A DNA stretch of 64,000 bases, taken from Octopus vulgaris. Taxonomy: Eukaryota. The stretch is from positions 119,412,001-119,476,000 of the forward strand of contig OX597820.1 in the NCBI GenBank assembly GCA_951406725.2, given 5' to 3'. Made by a program: the position numbers and the translations under genes. The notes below the pieces were generated by a model. That model searched no databases. It saw only the letters and a list, made by a program, of their open reading frames with translations, and was not told where the DNA came from. This document shows positions 1 to 12,580 of this stretch, one piece after another (within the stretch, counting starts at the first letter, position 1; every line of letters begins with the position of its first letter).

Positions 1-388
1 ATAGAAAAAAGAAGATGTTGTCTTCGAGGCGTTTCGCTGTCGACTACATAAACTGCATAACATCCTAAAGATGTGTAAAGAGTGTCAATTAGAATGACAC
101 ACTCTTCTAAACACACACACACACACACGTACACACGCTCACAAAATATGACGCATACAAACTCAAACAGTCACGTGCACAATATTCGCCTTTGTGAGGT
201 GGGGCGGCAACATTCTTCTTTTACTTTAATTAAATGTGTGCGTGTGTGTGTGCGCACGTGTGTCTATAAACATTTGAATTACAAATATCTCCATGCATAT
301 ATACACACACATACGCACGCTCACACCCACACAAATATATATTTTTTATATATTTCTGTATGCGTATATGTATGTATATATACATATA

Positions 389-453
<65 letters not shown>

Positions 454-540
454 ATGTATATATACGTATGTATATATATATGTGTGTGTATGTATATGTA
501 TGTATATATATATATATGTGTGTGTGTGTATGTATGTATG

Positions 541-607
<67 letters not shown>

Positions 608-707
608 GTATATATATATATACATACATATACATACACACACACACACATATATATATACATACGTATATATACATATACACACACATATATATATATA
701 TGTATAT

Positions 708-898
708 TTTATTAAATGCAGCAGAAATATCACAAAACTTGTCACTCAGAGTTTCACTTTCCCATTTGTCGGGAATGTGAAACTCTGAGTAACAGTTTTT
801 CGATATTTCTACTGCTTTTATATAAAGCATATTACTCTACCTCAGGTATTTGAGTACTCTTTATTCCACTTTGTTTCACATTTATATGCTTACTCCGG

Positions 899-901
<3 letters not shown>
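708..901. mobile_element. Penelope-like terminal-repeat relic forming a fold-back (arms ~718-763 / 771-815) with a degenerate hammerhead-like core
   Basis: GCAGCAGAAATATC..CACTCAGAGTTTCAC / GTGAAACTCTGAGTAAC..GATATTTCTACTGC inverted arms; minus strand CCGACAA..GAAA-CTCTGAG-T; tail 825-901 recurs at 36106-36185; flanked by (TA)n. Confidence 0.6.
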
Positions 902-944
<43 letters not shown>

Positions 945-1357
945 GCACTCACTCACACGCATATGTATATTTATTGTTTAGACATACTGACTCGCACAGA
1001 TGGAAACACACACACATACGCAAACAGATACACGCACACGCTTATTCAACTGATACATTTTTTGTAAAGGAAGTTATCACGAATTCTCGACGCATGATGA
1101 AGTGTTTTGCTAAAATTTTCCACAACTGAGACGTTCCAGAATAATACCTATCTTTTTTGCATACTTCACATCGAATCCCAATATTAATAAAATCATTTCT
1201 AAACCGCACTCTTTCTGCAATATATTCAAAATGAATTCCATACTGCATATCCTAGTCTCAATCTGTTCAAAATTTCGTTCAGCTGTTGAGAAAATACCAT
1301 GTATTTTAGTATGATTTTACATACACTGCTTTATCTTGGAAATAAGAATAAAATGAG

Positions 1358-1400
<43 letters not shown>

Positions 1401-2765
1401 TTCTCTCTATTTCACTCTCTCTCTCTCTCTCTCTCTTTTTTTCTCTTTATATATATGTGCGTGTGTATATATCTGTATGTCTGTGTGTCTGTGTATATGT
1501 AACTATTTAAATGCACAAGTATTACGAATTAAGCATGGACGACTCACACACACACACACACACATACACACACACACACGTACAATTTATATAAATTTAT
1601 GTATTTTCTTGGCGAAATAAACAAAAATACATTGATTTTTATCTGAGGCAAACCAACGTTCAGAATTGTACACTATTCTTCGAGTTATCGTAATTAGCAG
1701 TCAAATATCACCACAAGACAACTGCTTCATTTTAAGGACAGACATTGTTGAAGTTCATTTAATACTTTATCTGGGAAAGAAGAAAAAAAAAGTTCGGATG
1801 GAGATTGGGTCGCTTAATGTCATTGATTTGATTCCGTCTGATTGAGACCATCGCTCCAAGCAGAGCAACATCCTCACGTATTAAAATACTGTCGACCGAG
1901 TAAATCAGTTCAGATTTTATAAGCATTATTAGCAAAATGAGTAATGCATATCCTAGTTTGTTTCTTTACAGATCGTGCTATCATTGCAGTAATAGCGAAA
2001 CGTATGTGTACTGTCCTAGATATCTTTCCATGCAATTCACACTCACTGCACAGCATCTGCAAAATTGCGAGATACCTCATATATGCAGACTTGATTCTAT
2101 GCAATTTGTATCTACTTATTATAATAGTGTATAAATGTTTTCTAAGAGAACAGGGCAGAAATCTGTAACATTATTGACAAAATATTTCGACGGAAATTTA
2201 ATTTCCTTTTACCGTTCGTGAGGAATGTAAAATATGTATCTTATTTCTTATTAATATACGCATTGTGTTCGTACAACTCTATAAACAACTTATATTAACG
2301 CAGGAAGCATAAATATATACAATATTAATAGTTCAATATATCTACTATTAATTCTGTCAATGGAGCAAAGCTTTGTGTGTTTCAACTTTAAATATTGGAC
2401 TATTCACGAGGAATCGATTGAAAAATCGATGGAGCACGAAATGAAATGTTTTTATGTATTAAATTACATTCTATGTTCAAGTCATGCCGGTTTAAATGTT
2501 TGAATTCATAATTCGGGGGCCAATGTATTAAGCTAGATTTCTGTCTGTGTGCTTGTGTGCAAAAGCAAGTGTTTTACATTGTTTTAGTTATCAGAAGGAG
2601 AGTAGTGTCTATGAAATTTTCTAGAGATTGTGAGACTGCTTAGAGGGAAGTTGTAGGGGGATCGGGTACCCAGACTGGTATGCGCGGGCCTCCCTAAAAC
2701 TGCCTGCAGATCCGGAGAAAGTATTAAACAGGACGACGGATTACGTTTATGACCCAAACAGCATA

Positions 2766-2978
2766 TATTTCTTTACTACCCACAAGGGGCTAAACACAGA
2801 GGGGACAAACAAGGACAGACAAAGGGATCAAGTTGATTACATCGACCCCAGTGCGTAACTGGTACTTAATTTATTGACCCCGAAAGGATGAAAGGCAAAG
2901 TCGACCTCGGTGGAATTTGAACTCGGAACGTAACGACAGACTAACGGCGTGCTAACGTTTCTGCCAGCTCGCCGCCTT
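2766..2978 (-). mobile_element. tRNA-derived SINE family C (possibly Meta-type central domain)
   Basis: Minus strand GGCGGCGAGCTGGCAGAAACGTTAGC..GAGTTCAAATTCC..GACTTTGCCTTTCATCCTTTCGGGGTC; 16-bp TSD TGACCC(A/G)AACAGCATA at 2750-2765 and 2979-2994; second copy at 55665. Confidence 0.85.
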
Positions 2979-3766
2979 TGACCCGAACAGCATAGAACTT
3001 CATTCCTTCGCAGACTTACAGACTTCCATAATTTAACTTACATGCATGAATCCATCAGGACACCTCTGAAATATGTACTATTGTTTCTTCTTGCGTGGAA
3101 GAGGCAACACAAAATCACTGACCATACCAATTAAATGTTATAGCTCCGGTCAACACGGCAAATTTTGCATTTCAGAGACTTGTCTTCCTCTTTAGAGCGA
3201 GAAAAATAAAGCGTAAAACTTACTAAAGTGTAACAAAACCTGACTGAAATTTATATCCGGGATGATAATTCAGTATCCTACATACATCGTATTTCACTGG
3301 CCCACGCATCTGTTATTTCCTCCCTCTGCTTTTTCAAGCTTTACTGTTGCAGTCTCTGCTCCTTAGATGTTTGCTAGATTCATGCTATCTCAATACGAGT
3401 ACCCCGAGTTATTCATCTCCAGAGCGTTGATCTGGGATTCTTTCTGCGCACAACATTGTTTTCTGTAATTGTTCGCTTCAGCTGTTTTACATGGAATATG
3501 AAATGAAATACCTCGGGAGAACTGCAAAGGTGATGGACTCATTGCTTTACTCCATGAGACACCAATAACAATCTCACATCTTGATCAAAGAGTCCTGCCC
3601 ACATGGCGTGTAGTGTGATCGAACTGTAAACCTCGAAACAGAAATTCTTAGTTACACAATCATGTCTATCTGCCATTTATTTTATCGACGGTAATTATAT
3701 TGAAGTATTTAAGTTACTGATTCGAACGGTAAGAAAGATTTTAGTACGAAGAAGACCTAGTGAGTA

Positions 3767-3799
<33 letters not shown>

Positions 3800-3808
3800 C
3801 ATACATTG

Positions 3809-3855
<47 letters not shown>

Positions 3856-3898
3856 CATACATTGATATGTATAGATGAATATAAAAGCTGGGATATAT

Positions 3899-3975
<77 letters not shown>

Positions 3976-4204
3976 AGCTCTCTTATCCCTCTAGAGAGTT
4001 TCTGCCCACCATGCATTATCAATATAATATAATATTAATATGAACATATATTCTAGAATTTCTAGAACACAATGAGTCTATAAGCAATCTTTATTCGTAT
4101 CTTTTTTTTTTCCTTCTGCATAATTGATTGATATTCTCTTGAGAAGTGTTAAAGGAAATTTGCTAAGTTCAGGCGCATAAAGTGTACCAATAAAAACCAT
4201 TTAC

Positions 4205-4242
<38 letters not shown>

Positions 4243-4601
4243 GTGGTAGTGAGCAGCGCACGGACAAAACTTTTGTTTAATGTTATTGCTACACAAACAC
4301 CTGTCTCTTTTAGTTTCTACATTCTTTTTCTCGTTTGTTTCGGTTGATTGAAGCTGCACAATTTAGACGTAAATATCCTTGTCACCTTTTAGACTACCAA
4401 GCTGTCTAACTTTATGTCTGCCAGCGTATCGATCATACCCTGCAAATAATTCTCTCTATATCTATTTACGTATCATTTTATCTGTAAATCTACCTCACTG
4501 TCTATTCAACCTTACATTTATCCGTGTTTCCAAAATTTTATCTACGCAACTATCTATATGTGTCTGCTTATAGATTTATTTTCCTTTCTTTCTGCTTTCA
4601 C

Positions 4602-4661
<60 letters not shown>

Positions 4662-4714
4662 CAAGCATATAGTTAAAAACACAAGTATACAAACATATAC
4701 ATATTCTTACACTC

Positions 4715-5030
4715 GCTGGATGGAGTTCACTTGCAATGACAGTTACCAGTGTATTTAGGAATGCTGTTGCAACTGGTATTTTTACGGCGATGGAGGAGAG
4801 ATTCTTTCCGTGGTGTATAGTCATGTGCAATGTAAGGATAACTGCATCACAAAGATTCTTTTGTATTTTGCCATATTCACAGCAGCAGACTCAGGTCCCA
4901 TCGAGTTTGGGTTGCTCTGCTTGCTCTCATTCTTTCAAATTTCCGGCGGGACACATTGTAATCTCATGCCTTCTAAATTTTTCAGCTGCCTTCATGAACA
5001 GTCGTTTTGCTGGTTTGGATTCTGTCCAGT
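4715..5030 (-). mobile_element. Possible degenerate RTE-like LINE 3' fragment
   Basis: Minus strand encodes DR..KTTVHEG..FE..R-like and Cys/His-spaced remnants with frameshifts; weak similarity only. Confidence 0.3.
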
Positions 5031-5647
5031 TCGGTTGTTCCGTGGGAAACAATAAAACGCGTAAAATTGACTATGCGCCAGGCGCTGAGGAGAGTGTGCA
5101 CAATAAGTAGAGTGTGCCCACTGAGGAGAGTGGGGACAGTGAGGAGCGTGGTGGAGTGTGAGGAGAGTGGGGGGCATTGAGGAGAGTTTGGGCACTAAAC
5201 TTGATGTGAAACGCTATATACAGTCTTTATAGTTTCGTAAAATTCTAAAGAAGACCTGCCTTGTAAAGAGAACTCAGATTCTGCACGATTTTGCACAGTG
5301 ATTAATACTAGTTGCAGACCGAATGAGGTTTGTGAGAGTTGCTTTCGCCAGGAATAAAATTTTGTAAAGACCAAAGTTATGAATATTTTGTCTTGTCCAA
5401 GCAGCGGTGGGGGGGGGAGCGTCGCTCAGAGTGATCAATACCTGCCATAGCACACCGTTCTGTTGTGTGAGTATACAAGGTTTATTCATAACATACCTTG
5501 TGGAAAATATGCTCACTGTTACTTTGTTGCTTTTTAGCATAAGTGGTTGGTCATTGTCGGCAACTACAAAACAAAGAAAATGGAGGCAAGGCGTAGTTAG
5601 ACCACTTTCTCTAAGCCACTCTACATATGTAGCAGAGTTATTGTGTT

Positions 5648-5733
5648 TAAAAAAAGCTGTTTGGTCATTCAGCATATGTTTGGTCATTAAAAAAAGCTGT
5701 TTGGTCATTCAGCATATGTTTGGTCATTCAGCA
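5648..5733. repeat. Local tandem duplication (~40-bp unit with internal TGTTTGGTCATTCAGCA repeats)
   Basis: TAAAAAAAGCTGTTTGGTCATTCAGCATATGTTTGGTCA occurs twice, followed by a partial third unit. Confidence 0.8.
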
Positions 5734-6157
5734 TGTGGTGGTCATCTTTAGAGCGTCAGGTAACTAAACTTACGCTTGACCAGTATACTTTAGACTAGGA
5801 ACTGCAGATTGATGGAAGCGTGAACTATTTAGTTGCGAAGCAAGATAAATGTCCTTATGTCTATACGAGCATAGATTACATGGAGATAAAATTCGAAGTG
5901 TGTTCCATCGCGTAAATAAAATGAAATACAGGAAATTCGTATTATCAAACCTCTAAGAATTGACGTAAAGATTTGATTGGGATTATCTTCCTAACGAGAT
6001 GAGGTATGGAATTTGTCGTTCTCTGATCGATAAAACATTTTTCAGATCAATAATGTGACTTGTTCAACAGTCTGTAATACTCTCGCAAAGAGAAAATCGG
6101 ATTTTGTAGGTCTCGGTCCTCATTCGAAAAACAAAAATTGTCTTTTCATTCTGAATA

Positions 6158-6294
6158 GCGTGTCGGTCGGGGAGTTTGACTGGGGCGGTACGTCTGTCAA
6201 ACGGTAACGCAGGTGTCCCAAGGTGAGCTCAGCGTGGACGGAAACCACACGTCGAGCAAAAGGGCAAAAGCTCGCTCGATCTCAATTTTCAGTA
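6158..6294 (+). rRNA. Isolated 28S (LSU) rRNA fragment, domain V including the P-loop; pseudogenic
   Basis: GGGGAGTTTGACTGGGGCGGTAC..TGTCAAACGGTAACGCAGGTGTCC..AAGGGCAAAAGCTCGCT.GATCT..ATTTTCAGTA matches conserved eukaryotic 28S; flanks are AT-rich non-rDNA. Confidence 0.92.
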
Positions 6295-6418
6295 TTGTAT
6301 TCATATATTATAAGAAAACATAAAATTGACTTTAAACTGAATCGTAGGTTCATTATAATAAAATAAATCTTTCAATAATGAATATATAATTGCGTAATCA
6401 GCTGACTTACAAACATTA

Positions 6419-6803
6419 ATGGAAGCACTCCGTCGGTTACGACGACGAGGGTTCCGGTTGATCCGAATTAACGGAACAGCCTGCTCGTGAAATTAACGTG
6501 TAAGTGGCAGAGCATTCCACAGACACGTGTACCCTTAACGTAGTTCTCAGGGATATTCAGCGTGACACGGAGAGTGACAAGGCCGGCCCTTTGAAATACA
6601 GGTACAACAGAAACAGGAAGTAAGAGTGAGAGAAAGTTGTGGTGAAAGAGTACAGCAGGGGTCACCACCATCCCTGCCGGAGCCTCGTGGAGCTTTAGGT
6701 GTTTTCGCTCAATAAACACTCACAACGCCCGGTCTGGGAATCGAAACCGCGATCCTACGACCGCGAGTCCGCTGCCCTAACCACTGGGCCATTGCGCCTC
6801 CAC
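6419..6803 (-). mobile_element. tRNA-derived SINE family A, full length
   Basis: Minus-strand head GTGGAGGCGCAATGGCCCAGTGGTTAGG (A box)..GGTTTCGATTCCC (B box); 13-bp TSD CTTACAAACATTA at 6406-6418 and 6804-6816. Confidence 0.93.
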
Positions 6804-6819
6804 CTTACAAACATTATAC

Positions 6820-7025
6820 ATCTACTGAACTACTTGCTTCAGTGCTGTTTCATGCTCTTGCCTAATAGGGTTGGGGTCATAACAGGTCAGTGATCCCAGA
6901 GACGTCGTAAAGCATTGAACCGACCTGGTCAACCAGTGCTGTCCATAGCTGGCGGTCTCGTGACAGCCCCACTGCATCTTGAAGGTGAAGTCGAACCTCT
7001 GGAGACCTTCCTTTATCACGGTTAG
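6820..7025 (-). mobile_element. RTE-like LINE 3' end fragment
   Basis: Minus strand, one frameshift: VIKEGLQRFDF-LQDAVGLSRDRQLWTALV, resembling the RTE C-terminal 'A.DR..W...V' motif. Confidence 0.5.
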
Positions 7026-7141
7026 AGTGCCGTATTTATAGACTCAACAGAAGGCGATATACAAATACGGTCGCTAGGAAGGCTAAAAATTAAGCTCATG
7101 AGAATATAAGAAAGATTTCCTTCCACGTTAGAGCTACCTTC

Positions 7142-7557
7142 GGATCTTTTCGGTTTGAACGGCAGTTTTTAACATAATTTCTAGGTAACTAAAAAATGTT
7201 AAACTTCGTATACTGGTAGAATGTGTTTATAAAACATCTTTTTCTCTTGGCTTTATTGAGAAAATTCTAGAGTTTGTAAGATATTTGTTGTTTTTTTCTT
7301 CAATTTCTGCAAATTCAACCAATCAGTGACATCTATTGAGTTAAAAACCATTCTATGCCGTATGAATATGTCCCTCGTTTAAGAAACAGATTGGGTTTAT
7401 TTACATTTGTGAAGCAAAAAAGATACCCTTCCCCCCACCCCTAACCCTGACCCTAAAACAGATTGAAATGCAATAGATCGATTCTAGGGTCATAATTATG
7501 GGTGACAATTTCATATAACAACGCTAGAAAAAACTGTCGTTCAAACCGAAAAGATCC
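7142..7557. mobile_element. MITE copy 1, 29-bp TIR, 8-bp TSD
   Basis: TIR GGATCTTTTCGGTTTGAACGGCAGTTTTT / AAAAACTGTCGTTCAAACCGAAAAGATCC; TSD CTACCTTC at 7134-7141 and 7558-7565. Confidence 0.9.
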
Positions 7558-8342
7558 CTACCTTCGGAAAGGCATAAATATCCTGCTACCAAAATTTCAA
7601 AACTATATAAAACTCATGCGAACTAAGTAGTATAGAGAAGTTGTACGAATCTTCTGCAACAGAGGTATTGTCAATATTTTTGCATGTAGAAGCGACAAAA
7701 TCGGTTTCGATTCCTTGTTCGAAGCAATTTTATTTGACATAAACTGTCGAAAATTTTTCACTTGATAAAAAATACGTTCCAGTTACGCAGTGAAGATAAT
7801 TTATGCCTTTGCTCCGAACGGCATAAAATTTCTCAGTTGAAGTCGGAACTAAAAATCAATATTTGCAAACAAACTTCCAATTTATTGAATATTCTTTAAA
7901 AAATACAAGTGTATACACAATATATTAACTGTAAGAATTGATCAGTAAAATCCGCATAACTTTTAACAGAAATTTTACAAATAAAATAAATAAGATATTT
8001 CACAGATCATTAAAATGACAAATATTCAGGAGGAACTATTGATAATGGTTTTTAGTATTGCCGAAAGGGCACAAATATTGAGAGAAAGATGGAGTGAATT
8101 GAATCGATTAAAGCACTTGATTAATTATTATTTCATCGATACTGGAAAATTAAAAGACAAAAGCTGAAGTTAATGATATTTGAAAACGAAATTTAAAAGG
8201 TCTTCAACAAATACTGCAAAGCAGTTTCCTCTCCATTCTCATTAATTTTTCCAATCATCTCCCATCGATATAATGTCACACATCCTGGGGGTATATAATA
8301 GTTGTTGACATCGAAAGGAATTCTTTGTCTCTGACTTTCTCT

Positions 8343-8426
<84 letters not shown>

Positions 8427-8429
8427 ATG

Positions 8430-8466
<37 letters not shown>

Positions 8467-8862
8467 GTCTATTTATCTAGTTATCTAGTTATCTATATTC
8501 ATAAACACACACACGCACACACACATATACATATGTATATAATATGTACACTCACATACACAGACTCACATATACACTCATCCACACATTCGCACACATG
8601 AACGCGCGCACACACACATATGAGATACCTAGACATATAAATATCGTATTTCATTGAGCATGACAAGATGAAAAGAATCCGGAATCCCGATGAGATTTCA
8701 AATCATAATATTGTTCAACAATTCAGACGACCACTGTTCGTCAATGAAAGCAATAATAATAAAACAATCTTCGGAATTCCGGCAGAGATGATGAAATTCA
8801 AACCAGTATATTACTGGAAATTTTCGTTAAGCGAAGACAGATTTAAAATTAAAATATAAGGT

Positions 8863-9278
8863 GGATCTTTTCGTTTTAAACGGCAGTTTTTTCTAGCGGT
8901 GTCATATGAAATTGTCACCCATAATTATGACCCTAGTATCGATCTATGGCATTTCAATCTGTTTTAGGGTTAGGGTTAGTTAGGGTTAGGGGTGGGGAGA
9001 AAGGTATTCTTTTTGCTTCACAAATGTAAATAAACCCAATCTGTTTCTTAAACGAGGGACATATTCATACGGCACATAATGCTTTTTTTTTTACCTCAAT
9101 ACACGTCAGAAATTGAAGAAAAAAAACAACAACAAATATCTTACAAACTATAGAATTTTCTCAATAAAGCCAAGAGAAAAAGATGTTTTATAAACACATT
9201 CTACCAGTATACGAAGTTTTAAGTTTTTTATTTACCTAGAAATTATGTTAAAAACTACCGTTCAAATCAAGAATTTCC
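8863..9278. mobile_element. MITE copy 2, same family, opposite orientation
   Basis: Reverse complement of 7142-7557 over most of its length; TSD TATAAGGT at 8855-8862 and 9279-9286. Confidence 0.9.
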
Positions 9279-9904
9279 TATAAGGTAAATAAATATAATA
9301 TGACTTTCTCTAATGTTAACAGTTTTGAAAATCACTGTTTCATAAAATTGAGTGGAACTTAAAATCGTTTTTGACTGACAGATTTTTCTTGACTTATAGT
9401 TTGTGCACGAATGAACAATATTAGATGGGAGCTTAATTCAGAATATAACAATTAAAGTGATATTCCGGTCGTTCTGTAGTTTCTGATATCAAACACATTT
9501 GTCCAAATGATGTTGGTCATGTTGATTGTGAATGTAATCGTGATGGTAATGTGATTAAAAAATTCGTTAAATCAAAAATTGAACAGCAAAATCCGAAACA
9601 ATTATTTATTACCATAGCATTTTAGATCACTTTTCCTATTATTTTCGGGGATCCAGGAAACGGTCGGAGAGTACTTACTCTTTTACTGTAATTTAAACCA
9701 TAGGAACAAAAAATCAGAAAAATGTCCTCCACTTTCAAAAAGTCAGTAACTCGGAACTGGTCTCAAATTCAACGATCTTCCGTAAGTGTTTTTTTTTTTC
9801 ATTCCAAGTAGCATATCGAAAAATTCTCAATCTCTGCCTCACTCAGGAACACACAGATTGATCTACTTATCTACCTATTTATCCGTCTATCGATCTACCT
9901 CTAT

Positions 9905-10062
9905 GTAAACGGTAAACCCGGCAACAGAACAGCCTTCAGATCAGAGGAAATGTTGGCCTGTTTGCTATGTCAGCGTGGTAAAATCCGGCGAAAGCAAAAC
10001 CAATATGAAGCGCATTGTGGTCAGTGATGTGTAACAACATCCGATAGTATGATCGATAATAC
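9905..10062 (+). mobile_element. Diverged 3' tail shared with SINE subfamily A'
   Basis: TGTTGGCCTG..GAAGCGCATTGTGGTCAGTGATGTGTAACAACATCCGATAG resembles the reverse complement of 23700-23820. Confidence 0.6.
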
Positions 10063-10085
10063 ATTATGTATATATATATATATAT

Positions 10086-10254
10086 TTCCTCTGTCTTCCA
10101 TTCTCTGGATCTTTCCTTCTCCTATGTTTCCGACGAAGAGCTCCGCTCGAATCGTTAAACCCTCCTTCTTTCCTTCTTTCCTGAGCGTCCAATAATACTA
10201 TATTTGTTCCACGTCCTCACGTTGCTGTGTTTATATGTGCTTTCTTGTTTGGAT

Positions 10255-10260
<6 letters not shown>
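10086..10260 (+). mobile_element. Short Penelope-like terminal-repeat element with hammerhead-like core
   Basis: GTTT-CCGACGA-A-GAGC TCC GCTC-GAA(T)-CGTT-AAAC at 10126-10160; (TA)n on both sides; partial second copy ~37715-37768. Confidence 0.6.
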
Positions 10261-10289
<29 letters not shown>

Positions 10290-10290
<1 letters not shown>

Positions 10291-10508
10291 CATCATCATC
10301 GTCATCATTATCATGAACCACTGAAAATTGCTGTCTCCAGTCCTGGGACATCAATGTCCGGTTTTCCGCTTTCCATGGCATATAAGAGACCTGGATCAAA
10401 ACATGACCCCTGAATGTGATGCCAGTCTGCTGCAGAGTTACTCATTTATAGATGTTTGGACTGAACAAAATTGCTCAAGAACACAACACACCCAGCCCGG
10501 AAATCCCC
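10290..10508 (-). mobile_element. Diverged SINE, possibly V-domain-like, with (ATG)n tail
   Basis: Minus strand GTGTTGTGTTCTTGAGCAA..GTAACTCTGCAGCAGACTGGCATCACATTCAGGGG..(ATG)n. Confidence 0.4.
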
Positions 10509-10874
10509 GACAATATCAAAGAAAACTGATTTATTCCACACGTATTGCTCTTTCATTTAAATATTGGTATTCATTAAAGTACAGATACTGCAAATTTTTT
10601 TCTCTGTCCTGGGATTTTCACTCTCAGACGTATTTCTGCTACGAAGGCACTTAACGAATCCACTGTTTCTTTATTCAGATTTCTTTGAAATGGCCTCTGT
10701 CTATTCAGCGTTTGACAACATAAAATGTTCTCTAAAACGGATTACCATCCTGCTCTCTTTCACTCGCATTTTTACTCTGTATGTGTATGTATGCATGTAT
10801 GTATATTTACATCCATATTCAAATATTTATATATATATGTTCGTGTATAAACCTATACATACATAGATACATAC

Positions 10875-10953
<79 letters not shown>

Positions 10954-11749
10954 CATACGTATATATGTATATGTATATATATATTTATGTATGTATATAT
11001 ATATATATGTATGTATATATATATGCATATATATATAAACATACATATATATATATACACACACACATATTTGTTTATGCATATATATTTATATATATGC
11101 GTATGCACATGTATGCATATATCTATGTATGTATGTACATTTATATATCGTAAGTCCTCTATAATTATGAGTATAATCATATTAGATGAAATAGCTATCA
11201 ATATGTATATGATTAGATCGTCGCTTTTTCTAATGGCGATATATAAATTTAATAAGCGTCCTGAAGAGACGAAGCAACAATTACAGCTTACACTAAAATT
11301 GCTGTCTTCTAATGTGTGTTAACATGTTTTGAATAATGTGTTTGGTAAAGGCATTCACCATGAGGATGAGAAGATAAAATAATTATCGCCACAGGCACGA
11401 AATGCGGTCTTCTGTTGCACTATACACACACACATATAATCTCTCTCACACACTCACACAAGGATTTATAGTAATAGAGACGGAGAGTGAAAGAGCTATA
11501 TTCGTGGAATTATAGAATGTGTATGCGTATGTGTATGTGAATAGTGAAGTGCATAAGGACGACGGTATGCAACAGTACAAACATTAAACGAAAAGTAATC
11601 TGTCTCTCTAAACAGGTTTATTAAAAGTTTCTCGTACAAAACGAAACACACACACACACACACATACATACACACATTATTATATAGTGACAAATACATA
11701 CAGACATACAGACACACATACACACACATACATACATACATACATACAT

Positions 11750-12143
11750 AGTGGCTGTGTGGTAAGTAGCTTGCTAACCAACCGCATGGTTCCGGGTTCA
11801 GTCCCAGTGCGTGGCATCTTGGGCAAGTGTCTTCTGCTATAGCCCCGGGCCGACCAGAGCCTTGTGAGTGGATTTGGTAGACGGAAACTGAAAAAGCCTG
11901 TCGTATATATGTATATATATATATATAAGTGTGTGTGTATATGTTTGTGTGTCTGTGTTTGTCCCCCTAGCATTGCTTGACAACCGATGCTGGTGTGTTT
12001 ACGTCCCCATCACTTAGCGGTTCGGCAAAAGAGACCGATAGAATAAGTACTGGGCTTACAAAGAGTAAGTCCCGGGGTCGATTTGCTCGACTAAAGGCGG
12101 TGCTCCAGCATGGCCGCAGTCAAATGACTGAAACAAGTAAAAG
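11750..12143 (+). mobile_element. SINE family B (CORE-like, internal TA/TG microsatellite)
   Basis: GTGGCTGTGTGGTAAG head, GGTTCAGTCCC B box, CORE-like GTGGCATCTTGGGCAAGTGTCTT, tail GGCGGTGCTCCAGCATGGCCGCAGTCAAATGACTGAAAC. Confidence 0.9.
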
Positions 12144-12159
12144 GGTATATATATAAATC

Positions 12160-12416
12160 GCGTGATCACGTGACCGACCAGACTATCAGATGTTGTTACA
12201 CAACGATGGTCACAATGCGCTTCGCATTGTTTTAGCCGTCAAATGACGCCACCCCACTGATAGAGTACAGCAGGGATCGCCATTACCCCCTGCCGGAGCC
12301 TCGTGGAGCTTCAGGTGTTTTCGCTCAATAAACACACACAACGCCCGGTCTGGGAATCGAAACCGCGATCCTCCGACCGCGAGTCCACTGCCCTAACCAC
12401 CGGGCCATTGCCCCTC

Positions 12417-12419
<3 letters not shown>
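12160..12419 (-). mobile_element. SINE subfamily A' (family A head, different 3' tail), internally deleted
   Basis: Head as at 6419-6803; tail matches 23698-23790. Confidence 0.85.
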
Positions 12420-12460
<41 letters not shown>

Positions 12461-12461
12461 G

Positions 12462-12580
<119 letters not shown>

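Noticed and set aside
82-830. Long overlapping ORFs rich in YI/HT/CV/MYVC (here and in dozens of other places)
   Set aside because: Translations of TA, CA and TACA microsatellites, which lack stop codons; not genes.
6730-6803. SINE heads as genuine tRNA genes
   Set aside because: Attached to SINE bodies with TSDs, and no proper acceptor stem or anticodon arm.
6468-6893. Recurring peptides such as MFIERKHLKLHEAPAG.. and MFSLNKHSQRPVWES..
   Set aside because: They recur only because they are frames within SINE family A copies.
8964-8990. TTAGGG repeats as a telomere or fusion scar
   Set aside because: Internal part of the MITE, present in both copies.
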